Positions 16,481-24,867 of a stretch of DNA of 64,000 bases are shown in pieces (position 1 is the first letter of the stretch; each line of letters opens with the position of its first letter). Origin of the DNA: Verrucomicrobiota bacterium (GTDB lineage Bacteria; Verrucomicrobiota; Verrucomicrobiia; Chthoniobacterales; Chthoniobacteraceae); contig JBAWZW010000001.1 in assembly GCA_037142835.1 (NCBI GenBank), forward strand, positions 4,592 to 68,591. The letters are read 5' to 3'. The notes under the pieces are model-generated. The model ran no database searches and was not told the origin of the DNA. It saw only the letters and a program-made list of their open reading frames with translations. The position numbers were made by a program, and so were the translations under genes.

Positions 16481-19045
16481 TCAATTCTCAATCGGCAAGA
16501 GGGACGTCTCCACTGAAAAAGTCAGGCTAAAAGCAGCTCCCGGACCGGGCTCGATGACCGCCGTCCCACCGAGCTGAAGGGCGAGATCGGAGACCAGTTG
16601 ATGTCCCAATGAATGCCCGCGCTTTTCATCAAAGTCGGCGGGCAGCCCGATCCCGTTGTCCCTAACTCCAATCTGGAACTCTTGGGGATTCTTCCCTTTC
16701 TGCAGGGTGATCCGAACCTCACCTGGCCGATCATTGGGAAAGCCGTGCTTCAGGCAATTCGAGAGCAACTCGTTCATAAATAGCCCGCAGGAAATCGCCT
16801 GATCCATCGGGGCATCAACCGCACACACCTCAAGATGCAATGTCACTCTGCTGGACGAATCCACCAGGCTCCGAAAGGACTCGGTCGCAAGTTTTTTTAA
16901 ATAGTCACCCAAATCCACTTTGGCAAAAGTTCCAGAGCGATATAGCAATTCATGCAAAAGAGACATCGAACGAATCCTTCCCTGCATATCCTGCAAGGCA
17001 ACTTTGGTCTCCAAATTGACACAGCGTCCCGTTTCAAGCCGAAGCAAACTGTAGATGATCTGCAGGTTATTTTTTACCCGATGATGCACCTCTTTGAGAA
17101 GGGCGACCTTGTCCCGTACCGAAGCTTGAAGCTCAAGCTCAGCACGAAGACGACCAGCGAGTTCCTCAGTGAGCTGCTTGTTCGTCCCCGTCAAACTTTG
17201 TCGCGATTGATACAGTCCTTCCCTCGCTCCAGCGAGCCCCTCAGCCGCCCGACCAACCTCCGCTTGCAACCGGTTGAAATTGATCGCCATATCCCCAACT
17301 TCGTCCCTCGAATAAACCTTCACTGGCACGGTATCAAACTCTGCGTGCGCACCATCAAGATCACCCGCCGCCAAGGCCTGCATCGCTTTGGTAAAATCTT
17401 TCAAAGTGCCCGCAACCAGAAGATTCGCCGCCTTCGAAACCTCAACCGCGGAGTGAGCAATCATCCCCGGAAGAATTAACCCCACCGCAATCGTCAAAAG
17501 CGCAACAACCACAAAAATGTCCTGAAGGAGAGAAATCAACGCGCTGTTTTCGGTAGGAACATTGCCCACCGCGATCAGATAACCGCCAGCGTCGAGCACC
17601 AGAACCAAAAGCATCGCCCCCGTGAGCTTCAGGTGGAGGGTTCGGGCGATTCCCGGCAACCCCGCTTTCCTCCGATCCATAAACTTCCGCCAAGCGTAAA
17701 GCGCTGCCCCAGAGTACGCAAAAGAGATGCCAATCAGCACCGTCGTTAAACCAAACTGCTCGAAGCCGAGGATGGCCGTCAAACCCCACGCACCCGCCGC
17801 AAGCAGTCCCAGCCAGATCGTCCCCCGCGGCGCACGATAAGGGCGCGCAAGGGTGGGTTCGTTGCGGCGCAGGAGCCAGACCGCCACGCTCGGAAGGGCG
17901 ATCCCGATTAGGTAGGTCAGATTGGCTGCGGCGATCAGCCAGATGGGATTGCCAATCCACAAAAAGACGATTGCCATCACCCCAGTGGAGACGGTGGCGA
18001 CCCACGGGGCATCCGTCTTCGACCGCTTCGCCAGCGACTCGGGAAGTAACCCATCCTCAGCAAGCTGCGCAAGGGTTCTCGCCGCTCCAGCCAAGGGCGC
18101 CAAACAACCGTGGAGCATGTTAAAGATCATGAACCACGCCGCCGCCGCCTTCGCCGAAGCCCCAAAAAGCGGAGCGAAAGTGGGCCCAAGGACGTCGGCA
18201 AGATCTTTGCCAAGTTCCTCAGGTCCAAGTGCACCCAGCCAAATAATCGGCAGAATGATAAAATAGAGCGAAGCCAGACCAGCACTCGCAAAAACCGCGC
18301 GCGGAACATTCCGGTTGGGATCGATGGTTTCACCAACATGCGAAGTGGCCTGCTCAAAGGCGGGTGCCGCGAAGCCAATCAAATAGAGCCCAGCCATCAC
18401 GCTGGTGACTTGGCCAAACCAACCAGGAAAGGGCACGGTCAAATGAAAGCTAAAGGCCTGATGCCAATCCACCAAACCATTGGTCATCGGAAGAATCGCC
18501 GAGCAAAAAGCCAGCGCAGCCGCCGCCGTCGCCACGGGCATCGCAAGGCGCATCACCCATTTGACCCCGCATAAATTAACCGCCGCAAAAAGAATCACGA
18601 TCCCCGAAGCCAACACCTTCGGTGCGTAATCAGGCATGACTGGCAGGCACCAGTTAATCAACGCCGTCGAGGCCAGAGTCGCAGTCAACCCACACGTTGG
18701 CACCCATCCCCACCAATAACAAACCCCCGTCAGGTTCGCCAAAACTGGACTGTAAGGACGAAAAGCCTCCGCACATGTCGCGGCAATTCCCCCAACCCGG
18801 TTGGGATACATCAAAATCAGTTCCGTCCATCCTGGCGTCGCCGCCCAACTCAAAAGCAACCCAATCGCCAAGAGGACCACCGCAGCACTCCCTTGTCCCG
18901 GAATCGCCCCTTGCCCGATAAAAAGTGCCCCGATCAGAAAGAGACTTTGATTGATTCCCCCCATCGCCACCGCCGTGGTTCCAAACCACCCAATTGTTCG
19001 AGGATGAAGCAACGATGGGGCGGTGGAGGCGGAAGATGATTGCAT
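16481..19045 (-). CDS. APC-family amino-acid permease fused to HAMP + HisKA_2 + HATPase_c kinase
   Basis: About 450 aa of polytopic APC-like sequence (AFEQATSHVGETIDPNRNVPRA, RTLAQLAEDGLLP, RPYRAP), two more TMs, HAMP (DEVGDMAINFNRL), EVHHRVKNNLQII, NELLSNCLKHG, DNGIGLP and SLG. One uninterrupted ORF. Confidence 0.9.
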   Translation of the reverse strand: MQSSSASTAPSLLHPRTIGWFGTTAVAMGGINQSLFLIGALFIGQGAIPGQGSAAVVLLAIGLLLSWAATPGWTELILMYPNRVGGIAATCAEAFRPYSPVLANLTGVCYWWGWVPTCGLTATLASTALINWCLPVMPDYAPKVLASGIVILFAAVNLCGVKWVMRLAMPVATAAAALAFCSAILPMTNGLVDWHQAFSFHLTVPFPGWFGQVTSVMAGLYLIGFAAPAFEQATSHVGETIDPNRNVPRAVFASAGLASLYFIILPIIWLGALGPEELGKDLADVLGPTFAPLFGASAKAAAAWFMIFNMLHGCLAPLAGAARTLAQLAEDGLLPESLAKRSKTDAPWVATVSTGVMAIVFLWIGNPIWLIAAANLTYLIGIALPSVAVWLLRRNEPTLARPYRAPRGTIWLGLLAAGAWGLTAILGFEQFGLTTVLIGISFAYSGAALYAWRKFMDRRKAGLPGIARTLHLKLTGAMLLVLVLDAGGYLIAVGNVPTENSALISLLQDIFVVVALLTIAVGLILPGMIAHSAVEVSKAANLLVAGTLKDFTKAMQALAAGDLDGAHAEFDTVPVKVYSRDEVGDMAINFNRLQAEVGRAAEGLAGAREGLYQSRQSLTGTNKQLTEELAGRLRAELELQASVRDKVALLKEVHHRVKNNLQIIYSLLRLETGRCVNLETKVALQDMQGRIRSMSLLHELLYRSGTFAKVDLGDYLKKLATESFRSLVDSSSRVTLHLEVCAVDAPMDQAISCGLFMNELLSNCLKHGFPNDRPGEVRITLQKGKNPQEFQIGVRDNGIGLPADFDEKRGHSLGHQLVSDLALQLGGTAVIEPGPGAAFSLTFSVETSLLPIEN

Positions 19046-19207
19046 AATGATTAAAGGGGTCGATGAAAATGAACCGCCAACGATTAGCAGTCTTGAGGTC
19101 TCCAGAGCAAGATCAAGCCCAACCGCCCAAAAATCATTTCCCCCCTCCAGTTAAATGTCCCGATTTTTGTCTCCATAGCCCAAAAACACCGTCACCAGAA
19201 AAATCCG

Positions 19208-19236
19208 TTGACGCCAATCCACACCCATCCTATTTT
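19208..19236 (+). promoter_or_regulatory. Sigma70-like promoter of the riboswitch operon
   Basis: TTGACG-N17-TATTTT, 7 nt upstream of the aptamer. Confidence 0.6.
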
Positions 19237-19243
19237 CATATCA

Positions 19244-19369
19244 CTTTCATCAAGAGTGACCGAGGGACTGGCCCAGTGAAGTCACGGCAACCGCCTAATG
19301 CGTAAGCGTTAGGGACCAGGTGCCAAATCCAGCCGCAAACGCGCAAGCGCCCGCGGAAAAGATGAGAAG
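19244..19369 (+). promoter_or_regulatory. SAM-I (S-box) riboswitch aptamer
   Basis: ctttcATCAAGAGtgaccGAGGGACTGGCCCagtGAAgtcacGGCAACC...GGTGCCAAATCC...GAAAAGATGAgaag matches the SAM-I consensus, with P1 tttcatc/gatgaga. Confidence 0.93.
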
Positions 19370-19397
19370 AGATTTTCGAAAACCATCGAAAATCTTT
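19370..19397 (+). terminator. Expression-platform hairpin after the SAM-I aptamer
   Basis: AGATTTTCGA-aaacca-TCGAAAATCT followed by TT; the U-tract is weak. Confidence 0.5.
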
Positions 19398-19448
19398 GTC
19401 CTCGTCGCCATGCAATCGCTCAGATTCTTGATGAAAACATCACGACTT

Positions 19449-20708
19449 ATGGACAAAACATCGCCCTTCTTCATCAATCTCAAATGCCGCGAATGCGGCC
19501 GAACTTATCCAAAGCAAGCCATTCATGTCTGCGACTTCGACTTCGGCCCCCTCGAAGCCGCCTACGACTACGATGCCATTCGATCCGTACTCACTCGCGC
19601 AGTCATCGAAAGTCGCCCACAAACCATGTGGCGCTATCGCGAACTTCTCCCCATCGATGGCGAACCCACCGTCGGCACCCAAGTCGGCTTCACCCCCTTG
19701 GTCAAAGCAGATCGTTTAGCCAAAGCCCTCGGCATTCGCGAACTCTATGTCAAAAATGACACCGTAAACTACCCCACCCTTTCCTTTAAAGATCGGGTCG
19801 TTTCCGTCGCCCTCAGCCGAGCTTGCGAACTCGGATTCAAAGTAGTCGCCTGCGCCTCCACCGGAAACCTCGCCAACTCCGTCGCCGCCAACGCCGCCAG
19901 CGCAGGCTTAAAAAGCTATGTCCTCATCCCCGCCGATCTCGAACAAGGCAAAGTCCTCGGCTCGCTCGTCTACGGAACCAACGTCATCTCCATTCACGGT
20001 GCCTACGACCAAGTCAACCGCCTCTGCTCAGAAATCGCGGGAAAATATGGCTGGGGCTTCGTCAATATCAATCTCCGCCCTTATTATGCCGAAGGCTCAA
20101 AATCCATGGGCTACGAAATCTGTGAGCAACTCGGCTGGCGCATCCCCACCCACACCGTCGCCCCAATGGCCTCTGGCTCTTTACTCACCAAAATCCACAA
20201 AGCCTATGGCGAATTCGCGCGCCTCGGCTTAGTCGAAAATACCCCTTTCTCCGTCTATGGTGCCCAAGCAACCGGTTGCGCTCCCATCGCCCACGCCATG
20301 AAGCTCGGAACCGATATCGTCAAACCTGTGCCCAAACCCGAAACCATCGTAAAATCCCTCGCCATCGGCACGCCCGCCGACGGCTATTATGCGATCCACG
20401 CCATGCGCCAGACCTCAGGCACCGCAGAAGATTGCACCGACGAAGAGGTCGTCGAGGGCATCCGCCTGCTCGCCGAATGCGAAGGCATTTTCTCAGAAAC
20501 TGCCGGCGGTGTCACCGTCTCCTGCGCGAAAAAATTGATCGAAACTGGAAAAATTCCCCGCGATGGCAGCGCCGTTCTCTGCATCACAGGCCACGGACTA
20601 AAAACCCAAGAAGCGATTATCGGAAAGTGTGGAACGCCTCGCATCATCAAGCCCAGCCTCCGAGAATTTGAGGAGCAAGTTTATCATAAAGACTCCGTCC
20701 TCGCTTGA
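19449..20708 (+). CDS. Threonine-synthase-like PLP enzyme, probably MetM-type O-phosphohomoserine sulfhydrylase
   Basis: N-terminal CxxC (CRECG), PTLSFKDR PLP-lysine motif, ASTGN, EGSK and ETAGG. SAM riboswitch upstream and sulfur carrier downstream. Alternative start at 19431. Confidence 0.85.
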   Translation: MDKTSPFFINLKCRECGRTYPKQAIHVCDFDFGPLEAAYDYDAIRSVLTRAVIESRPQTMWRYRELLPIDGEPTVGTQVGFTPLVKADRLAKALGIRELYVKNDTVNYPTLSFKDRVVSVALSRACELGFKVVACASTGNLANSVAANAASAGLKSYVLIPADLEQGKVLGSLVYGTNVISIHGAYDQVNRLCSEIAGKYGWGFVNINLRPYYAEGSKSMGYEICEQLGWRIPTHTVAPMASGSLLTKIHKAYGEFARLGLVENTPFSVYGAQATGCAPIAHAMKLGTDIVKPVPKPETIVKSLAIGTPADGYYAIHAMRQTSGTAEDCTDEEVVEGIRLLAECEGIFSETAGGVTVSCAKKLIETGKIPRDGSAVLCITGHGLKTQEAIIGKCGTPRIIKPSLREFEEQVYHKDSVLA

Positions 20709-20761
20709 CCCTTTCCTCACACCCGAGTCAAATCCCTGCCCCTTCACTCTCCATCATCCCA

Positions 20762-21034
20762 ATGCCTACCGTCCTCATTCCTACTCCACTCCGCAGGCTA
20801 ACCAATGACCTCGAAGAGGTCAGCGCCGCGGGAGCCGATATCGGCACCTTAATCGATAACCTCGATAAAGCCTTCCCCGGATTAAAAGATCGCGTCTGCG
20901 ATGAATCGGGAAATGTTCGCCGCTTCGTTAATATCTACGTCAACGGGGAAGACATTCGCTTTTTGCAAGAGAAAGCCACCCCCGTCAACGAAAACGACGA
21001 AATCAGCATCGTTCCCGCCATCGCCGGAGGCTAA
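20762..21034 (+). CDS. ThiS/MoaD-family ubiquitin-like sulfur carrier
   Basis: VLIPTPLRRLT, RRFVNIYVNGEDIRF and C-terminal IVPAIAGG. Confidence 0.93.
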   Translation: MPTVLIPTPLRRLTNDLEEVSAAGADIGTLIDNLDKAFPGLKDRVCDESGNVRRFVNIYVNGEDIRFLQEKATPVNENDEISIVPAIAGG

Positions 21035-21093
21035 TCTGCCCATCTTCGCCCAACCCATCCCAGCCAAGTTTACTATTTCATCCTCAGCATTTT

Positions 21094-21339
21094 ATGAACG
21101 AAAAACAACGCCTCTGGCTGATGTTCCCAACTAAACTCGTCACCCGACCAGTCCTTTGGGAACTAGGTCAAAAATTTCCCGTGATCACCAACATTCGCCA
21201 AACCAGCGTGACCGATGAAATTGGCATCGTCTCCCTCTCCCTTGAAGGCGAACGAGAAGAAATCAAACGATCCATTGCTTGGCTGGAAGAACTCGGAATC
21301 AAGGTGGAACCAGTAGAAATGAACACCATCGAAGGCTAG
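21094..21339 (+). CDS. Stand-alone NIL-domain protein
   Basis: LWLMFPTKLVTRPVLWELGQKFPVITNIRQ...GIVSLSLEG...WLEELGIKVE follows the NIL/ACT-like pattern. Confidence 0.8.
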   Translation: MNEKQRLWLMFPTKLVTRPVLWELGQKFPVITNIRQTSVTDEIGIVSLSLEGEREEIKRSIAWLEELGIKVEPVEMNTIEG

Positions 21340-21470
21340 TTCGCTTCGACTGTTTCTCCATCCGCTCACTCCCTGTTCCAACTTCCAATCGTCTAGAAGA
21401 CTCCCGCCAGTCGCCGTCTTCAACCGCCCAATAACTGACCCGCTCCGCCGAACATCGCCCACTCCACATC

Positions 21471-21944
21471 GTGACCACGCCTCAGAAATATTCCCGCCTC
21501 TCTCTCCTCGGTCAGACTGCGAACTTCCCTGAAGAACCCAAGTCCACCACCCTCGAAACTTTCCAAAACGAAAGCGCCAAGCGCGACTACTGGATCACTT
21601 TCGACTGCGGGGAGTTCACTTCCATGTGCCCAGTCACAGGCCAACCAGACTTCGCAAAAATCCGCATCGAATATATTCCCGACAAGCTTTGTATCGAAAC
21701 CAAGTCTCTGAAATTTTACCTCGCCTCCTTCCGAAATACCCGAGCGTTCAACGAGTCGATCGTCAACCAAATCCTCGATGATCTCGTCACCGCTTGCCAA
21801 CCCCGCCACGCTTTCGTGCATGGCGAATTCGCCCCGCGTGGCGGAATCGGCGTAACTGTCGACGCTGAGTACCCCTCCCCAACCTCACCCTCCCCCACTT
21901 CCAAACGCCTCAAACCAAAATCCATCAAATCCTCCCGCCCATGA
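21471..21944 (+). CDS. queF: NADPH-dependent preQ0 reductase (short type)
   Basis: EFTSMCPVTGQPDF, ETKSLKFY and PRGG; GTG start. Confidence 0.93.
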   Translation: MTTPQKYSRLSLLGQTANFPEEPKSTTLETFQNESAKRDYWITFDCGEFTSMCPVTGQPDFAKIRIEYIPDKLCIETKSLKFYLASFRNTRAFNESIVNQILDDLVTACQPRHAFVHGEFAPRGGIGVTVDAEYPSPTSPSPTSKRLKPKSIKSSRP

Positions 21945-22639
21945 GCCGGGCGAAGGTCGTTGCTTTAGTAAGCGGGGGAATGGATTCCGTGGTCGCACTC
22001 TATCACGCACACCTCGAAAGTGATGTCGTCGCCGCCGTCAGCTTCGACTACGGCTCCAAACATAATTCCCTCGAAATTCCCTTCGCAAAACTCCACGCCG
22101 ATCGCCTGAGCATCCCCCACCAAGTCATCCATCTGCCCTTTATCAATCAACTTTTCTCCTCTGACCTCCTGCAAAAAGGCGGAGAAATTCCCGACGGCCA
22201 TTACGAAGAACTTTCCATGAAACAGACGGTCGTGCCCTTTCGCAACGGCATCCTTCTTTCCATCGCCGCTGGCTACGCCGAAAGCCTCGGAGCCACAGGT
22301 CTGATCATCGCCGCTCACTCCGGCGACCATGCAATCTACCCAGATTGCCGCGAGGACTTTATGCAAGCCATGGGCGATGCCCTCAGCCTCGGCACCTACG
22401 CCAAAATCGCCCTCCTCCGCCCCTTGATTCATCTCTCCAAAGCCCAAATCGCCACCCTTGGACAGACTCTCGGCGTCAACTTTTCTCAGACTTGGTCCTG
22501 CTATAAAGGACAGGAAATTCATTGTGGCACTTGCGGAACCTGTGTCGAGCGACGCGAAGCCTTCACCCTCGCCGGTCTAAATGATCCCACCGCCTACGCA
22601 AGCACCGCGCCCCTCCCCAGTAAACCACCCGAAACCTGA
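21941..22639 (+). CDS. queC: 7-cyano-7-deazaguanine synthase
   Basis: SGGMDS, VPFRN, YPDCR and WSCY...HCGTCGTC. Confidence 0.95.
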   Translation: MSRAKVVALVSGGMDSVVALYHAHLESDVVAAVSFDYGSKHNSLEIPFAKLHADRLSIPHQVIHLPFINQLFSSDLLQKGGEIPDGHYEELSMKQTVVPFRNGILLSIAAGYAESLGATGLIIAAHSGDHAIYPDCREDFMQAMGDALSLGTYAKIALLRPLIHLSKAQIATLGQTLGVNFSQTWSCYKGQEIHCGTCGTCVERREAFTLAGLNDPTAYASTAPLPSKPPET

Positions 22640-22642
22640 CCA

Positions 22643-23338
22643 ATGCTCATTTCGGAAATCTTCTACTCCATTCAAGGAGAAGGCGAATTGACCGGCGTTC
22701 CATCGGTGTTTATCCGAACTTCCGGATGCAATCTGCGGTGTCGATGGTGCGACACGCCCTACGCCTCTTGGCGCCCTGAGGGAACAGAGATGAGTGTCGA
22801 CAAAATCCTTGAGGAGGTTCTCCGCTTCCCGTCCTCTCACGTGGTTCTCACTGGTGGCGAACCGATGGTCGCCAAAGAGATCCACCTCCTCGCCAGTCGA
22901 CTCCGAGAAAACAAAAAACATCTCACCATCGAAACCGCAGGAACCATCGCCCCCCAAGGCATCGCCTGCGATCTCGCCTCACTTAGCCCGAAACTTCGCA
23001 ACTCCCAACCACAGGAAGGAGAAATCGAAAAGGGATGGCGAGATCGACACGAGATCAACCGACTCCAACCAGAAATTCTTCGCCAATGGATCGATAATTA
23101 CCATTTTCAGCTCAAATTTGTGGTTGAGCAAGCGGACGATTTGCCCGAACTGGAAGACCTCATTCGCAACATCGGCACCCCCATTCATCCCCATCAAGTT
23201 CAATTGATGCCTCAAGGCGTGGACCTAACCACCCTTCGATCACGCGACGCCTTCCTCATCGCTCTCTGTAAAGAAAAGGGCTACCGATATTGTCAACGTC
23301 TCCATGTCGAACTTTTCGGCAATACCCGGGGCACTTAA
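22643..23338 (+). CDS. queE: 7-carboxy-7-deazaguanine synthase (radical SAM)
   Basis: EIFYSIQGEG, GCNLRCRWCDT, TGGEP, IETAG and SPK. Confidence 0.95.
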   Translation: MLISEIFYSIQGEGELTGVPSVFIRTSGCNLRCRWCDTPYASWRPEGTEMSVDKILEEVLRFPSSHVVLTGGEPMVAKEIHLLASRLRENKKHLTIETAGTIAPQGIACDLASLSPKLRNSQPQEGEIEKGWRDRHEINRLQPEILRQWIDNYHFQLKFVVEQADDLPELEDLIRNIGTPIHPHQVQLMPQGVDLTTLRSRDAFLIALCKEKGYRYCQRLHVELFGNTRGT

Positions 23339-23354
23339 CCCTCACTCCTCTTCC

Positions 23355-23810
23355 GTGCCGTATCGCATCTGTAAAACCTTCGAAATTGAAAACGGGCACA
23401 TGCTATCCAAGCACCCCGATAAATGTCGCTTCCCCCATGGGCATTCTCGAAAAGTCGAGTTCACCCTCCAATCACCCGAACTCGACTCCCATCAAATGGT
23501 CTGCGACTTCAAAGTCATCAAGCTACTCATGGGCGAGTTTCTCGATCAATATGATCACGCCATGTGCATCAACACGGATGATCCGATTTATCCCACTTTG
23601 AAAGCGGCTTACGGTGATCGGGTCATTGGCTTTCATCAAGCCGACCCCACCACCGAACTCCTCGCGAAAACCATCTACGACTTTTTCAAAGTCCGCCTCG
23701 ACGAGTATCAAACTCATCCCTCCCCTCAATACCCCATTCAAAAAAATTTGGCAGTCATCAAGGTCCGCCTCTGGGAAACCAGTAGCTCTTGGGCAGAGTA
23801 TTCAGAATAA
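23355..23810 (+). CDS. queD: 6-carboxytetrahydropterin synthase
   Basis: GHML, CRFPHGHS, DHA, PTTE and LWET; GTG start inferred. Confidence 0.92.
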   Translation: MPYRICKTFEIENGHMLSKHPDKCRFPHGHSRKVEFTLQSPELDSHQMVCDFKVIKLLMGEFLDQYDHAMCINTDDPIYPTLKAAYGDRVIGFHQADPTTELLAKTIYDFFKVRLDEYQTHPSPQYPIQKNLAVIKVRLWETSSSWAEYSE

Positions 23811-23898
23811 ATCCATCCCCGCCCCCGAGATCAAAGCCAGCCTCCTCCTTTCTCCCCAAATCTACCCCAGCCGCCCGCCGGTGAACTGAGGCCATTAG

Positions 23899-24861
23899 TT
23901 AAATGTCCCCCGCAAACTCCCCAACTCGACGAAACTTCGCATAGCGCTCCGCGAGAAGTTGATCGAGCGGCATCTTCGTCAACTCGTCAAGTTGCGCACT
24001 CACCGCAGTTCTCAGGTTAGTGATCGCCGAAGAATGGTTCTGATGGGCTCCTCCCATCGGCTCTGGCACAACACCATCAATCAACCCCATCTCGAGGAGA
24101 TCGCTCGCCGTTAGTTTAAGCGCCGCCGCCGCCTCCGGCGCGTGCTTGCGGTGCTTCCACAAGATCGCCGCACAGCCCTCTGGCGAGATCACCGAGTAGT
24201 AAGAGTTTTCGAGCATCAAGACACGATCAGCCACCGCGATCCCCAATGCCCCACCGCTTCCCCCCTCCCCAATCACCACGGCAACGGTCGGCGTGCGCAG
24301 GATCATCATTTCGCGAAGATTCACCGCGATGGCTTCAGAGATATGTCGCTCTTCCGAACCTAATCCCGGATAGGCCCCGGGCGTATCGATTAAGGAGACA
24401 AATGGAAGGCGAAACTTTTCCGCAAGGCGCATCAGGCGGAGCGCCTTACGATATCCCTCAGGATTGGCACACCCAAAATTTCTTTTCAGATTTTCTTTTA
24501 ACTCGCGGCCTTTTTGATGCCCGATGACCACGCACTTGCGGCCACCCATTTGGGCGAAGCCACCTGGCATGGCGCGATCTTCGGCAAATAACCTGTCTCC
24601 GTGCACTTCCAGAAAATGCGTAAAAGAGAGTTGCAAGTAATCAAGGGTAAACGGGCGAGCGGGATGCCGAGCGATCTGCACACGCTGCCAAGCCGTAAGA
24701 TTTTCGTAAATAACCCGTTTCGTTTCTTGAATTTTCTCCTCCATCCGCAGGACCTCCGCATCAAAATTGATGTCATTGGCCCGAGTATGCTTTTTTAAAT
24801 CAGCAAGTTTTTCCTCCAATTCAATGATCGGTTTTTCAAATTCCAAAGGAAGCAGTTTCAT
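23899..24861 (-). CDS. accA: Acetyl-CoA carboxylase carboxyltransferase alpha
   Basis: LEFEKPI, IARHPARP, IDTPGAYPG, GEGGSGGAL and YSVISPEGCA. Confidence 0.97.
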   Translation of the reverse strand: MKLLPLEFEKPIIELEEKLADLKKHTRANDINFDAEVLRMEEKIQETKRVIYENLTAWQRVQIARHPARPFTLDYLQLSFTHFLEVHGDRLFAEDRAMPGGFAQMGGRKCVVIGHQKGRELKENLKRNFGCANPEGYRKALRLMRLAEKFRLPFVSLIDTPGAYPGLGSEERHISEAIAVNLREMMILRTPTVAVVIGEGGSGGALGIAVADRVLMLENSYYSVISPEGCAAILWKHRKHAPEAAAALKLTASDLLEMGLIDGVVPEPMGGAHQNHSSAITNLRTAVSAQLDELTKMPLDQLLAERYAKFRRVGEFAGDI

Positions 24862-24867
24862 AGCAGT

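Noticed and set aside
13343-19045. Signalling pair as a mobile element, or as the regulator of aguA/aguB
   Set aside because: No flanking repeats, integrase or transposase are visible; the agu genes lie more than 9 kb away with unrelated genes between.
21340-21470. Possible preQ1 riboswitch upstream of queF
   Set aside because: No AGAGGTTCTAG/CCCTC...AAAAAACTA-like pattern; only a weak GAAGAC/GTCTTC pairing.
21471-23810. que cluster as a dpd-type 7-deazaguanine DNA-modification or defence island
   Set aside because: No dpdA/tgt paralogue or dnd-like genes nearby, and canonical QueF points to tRNA queuosine synthesis.
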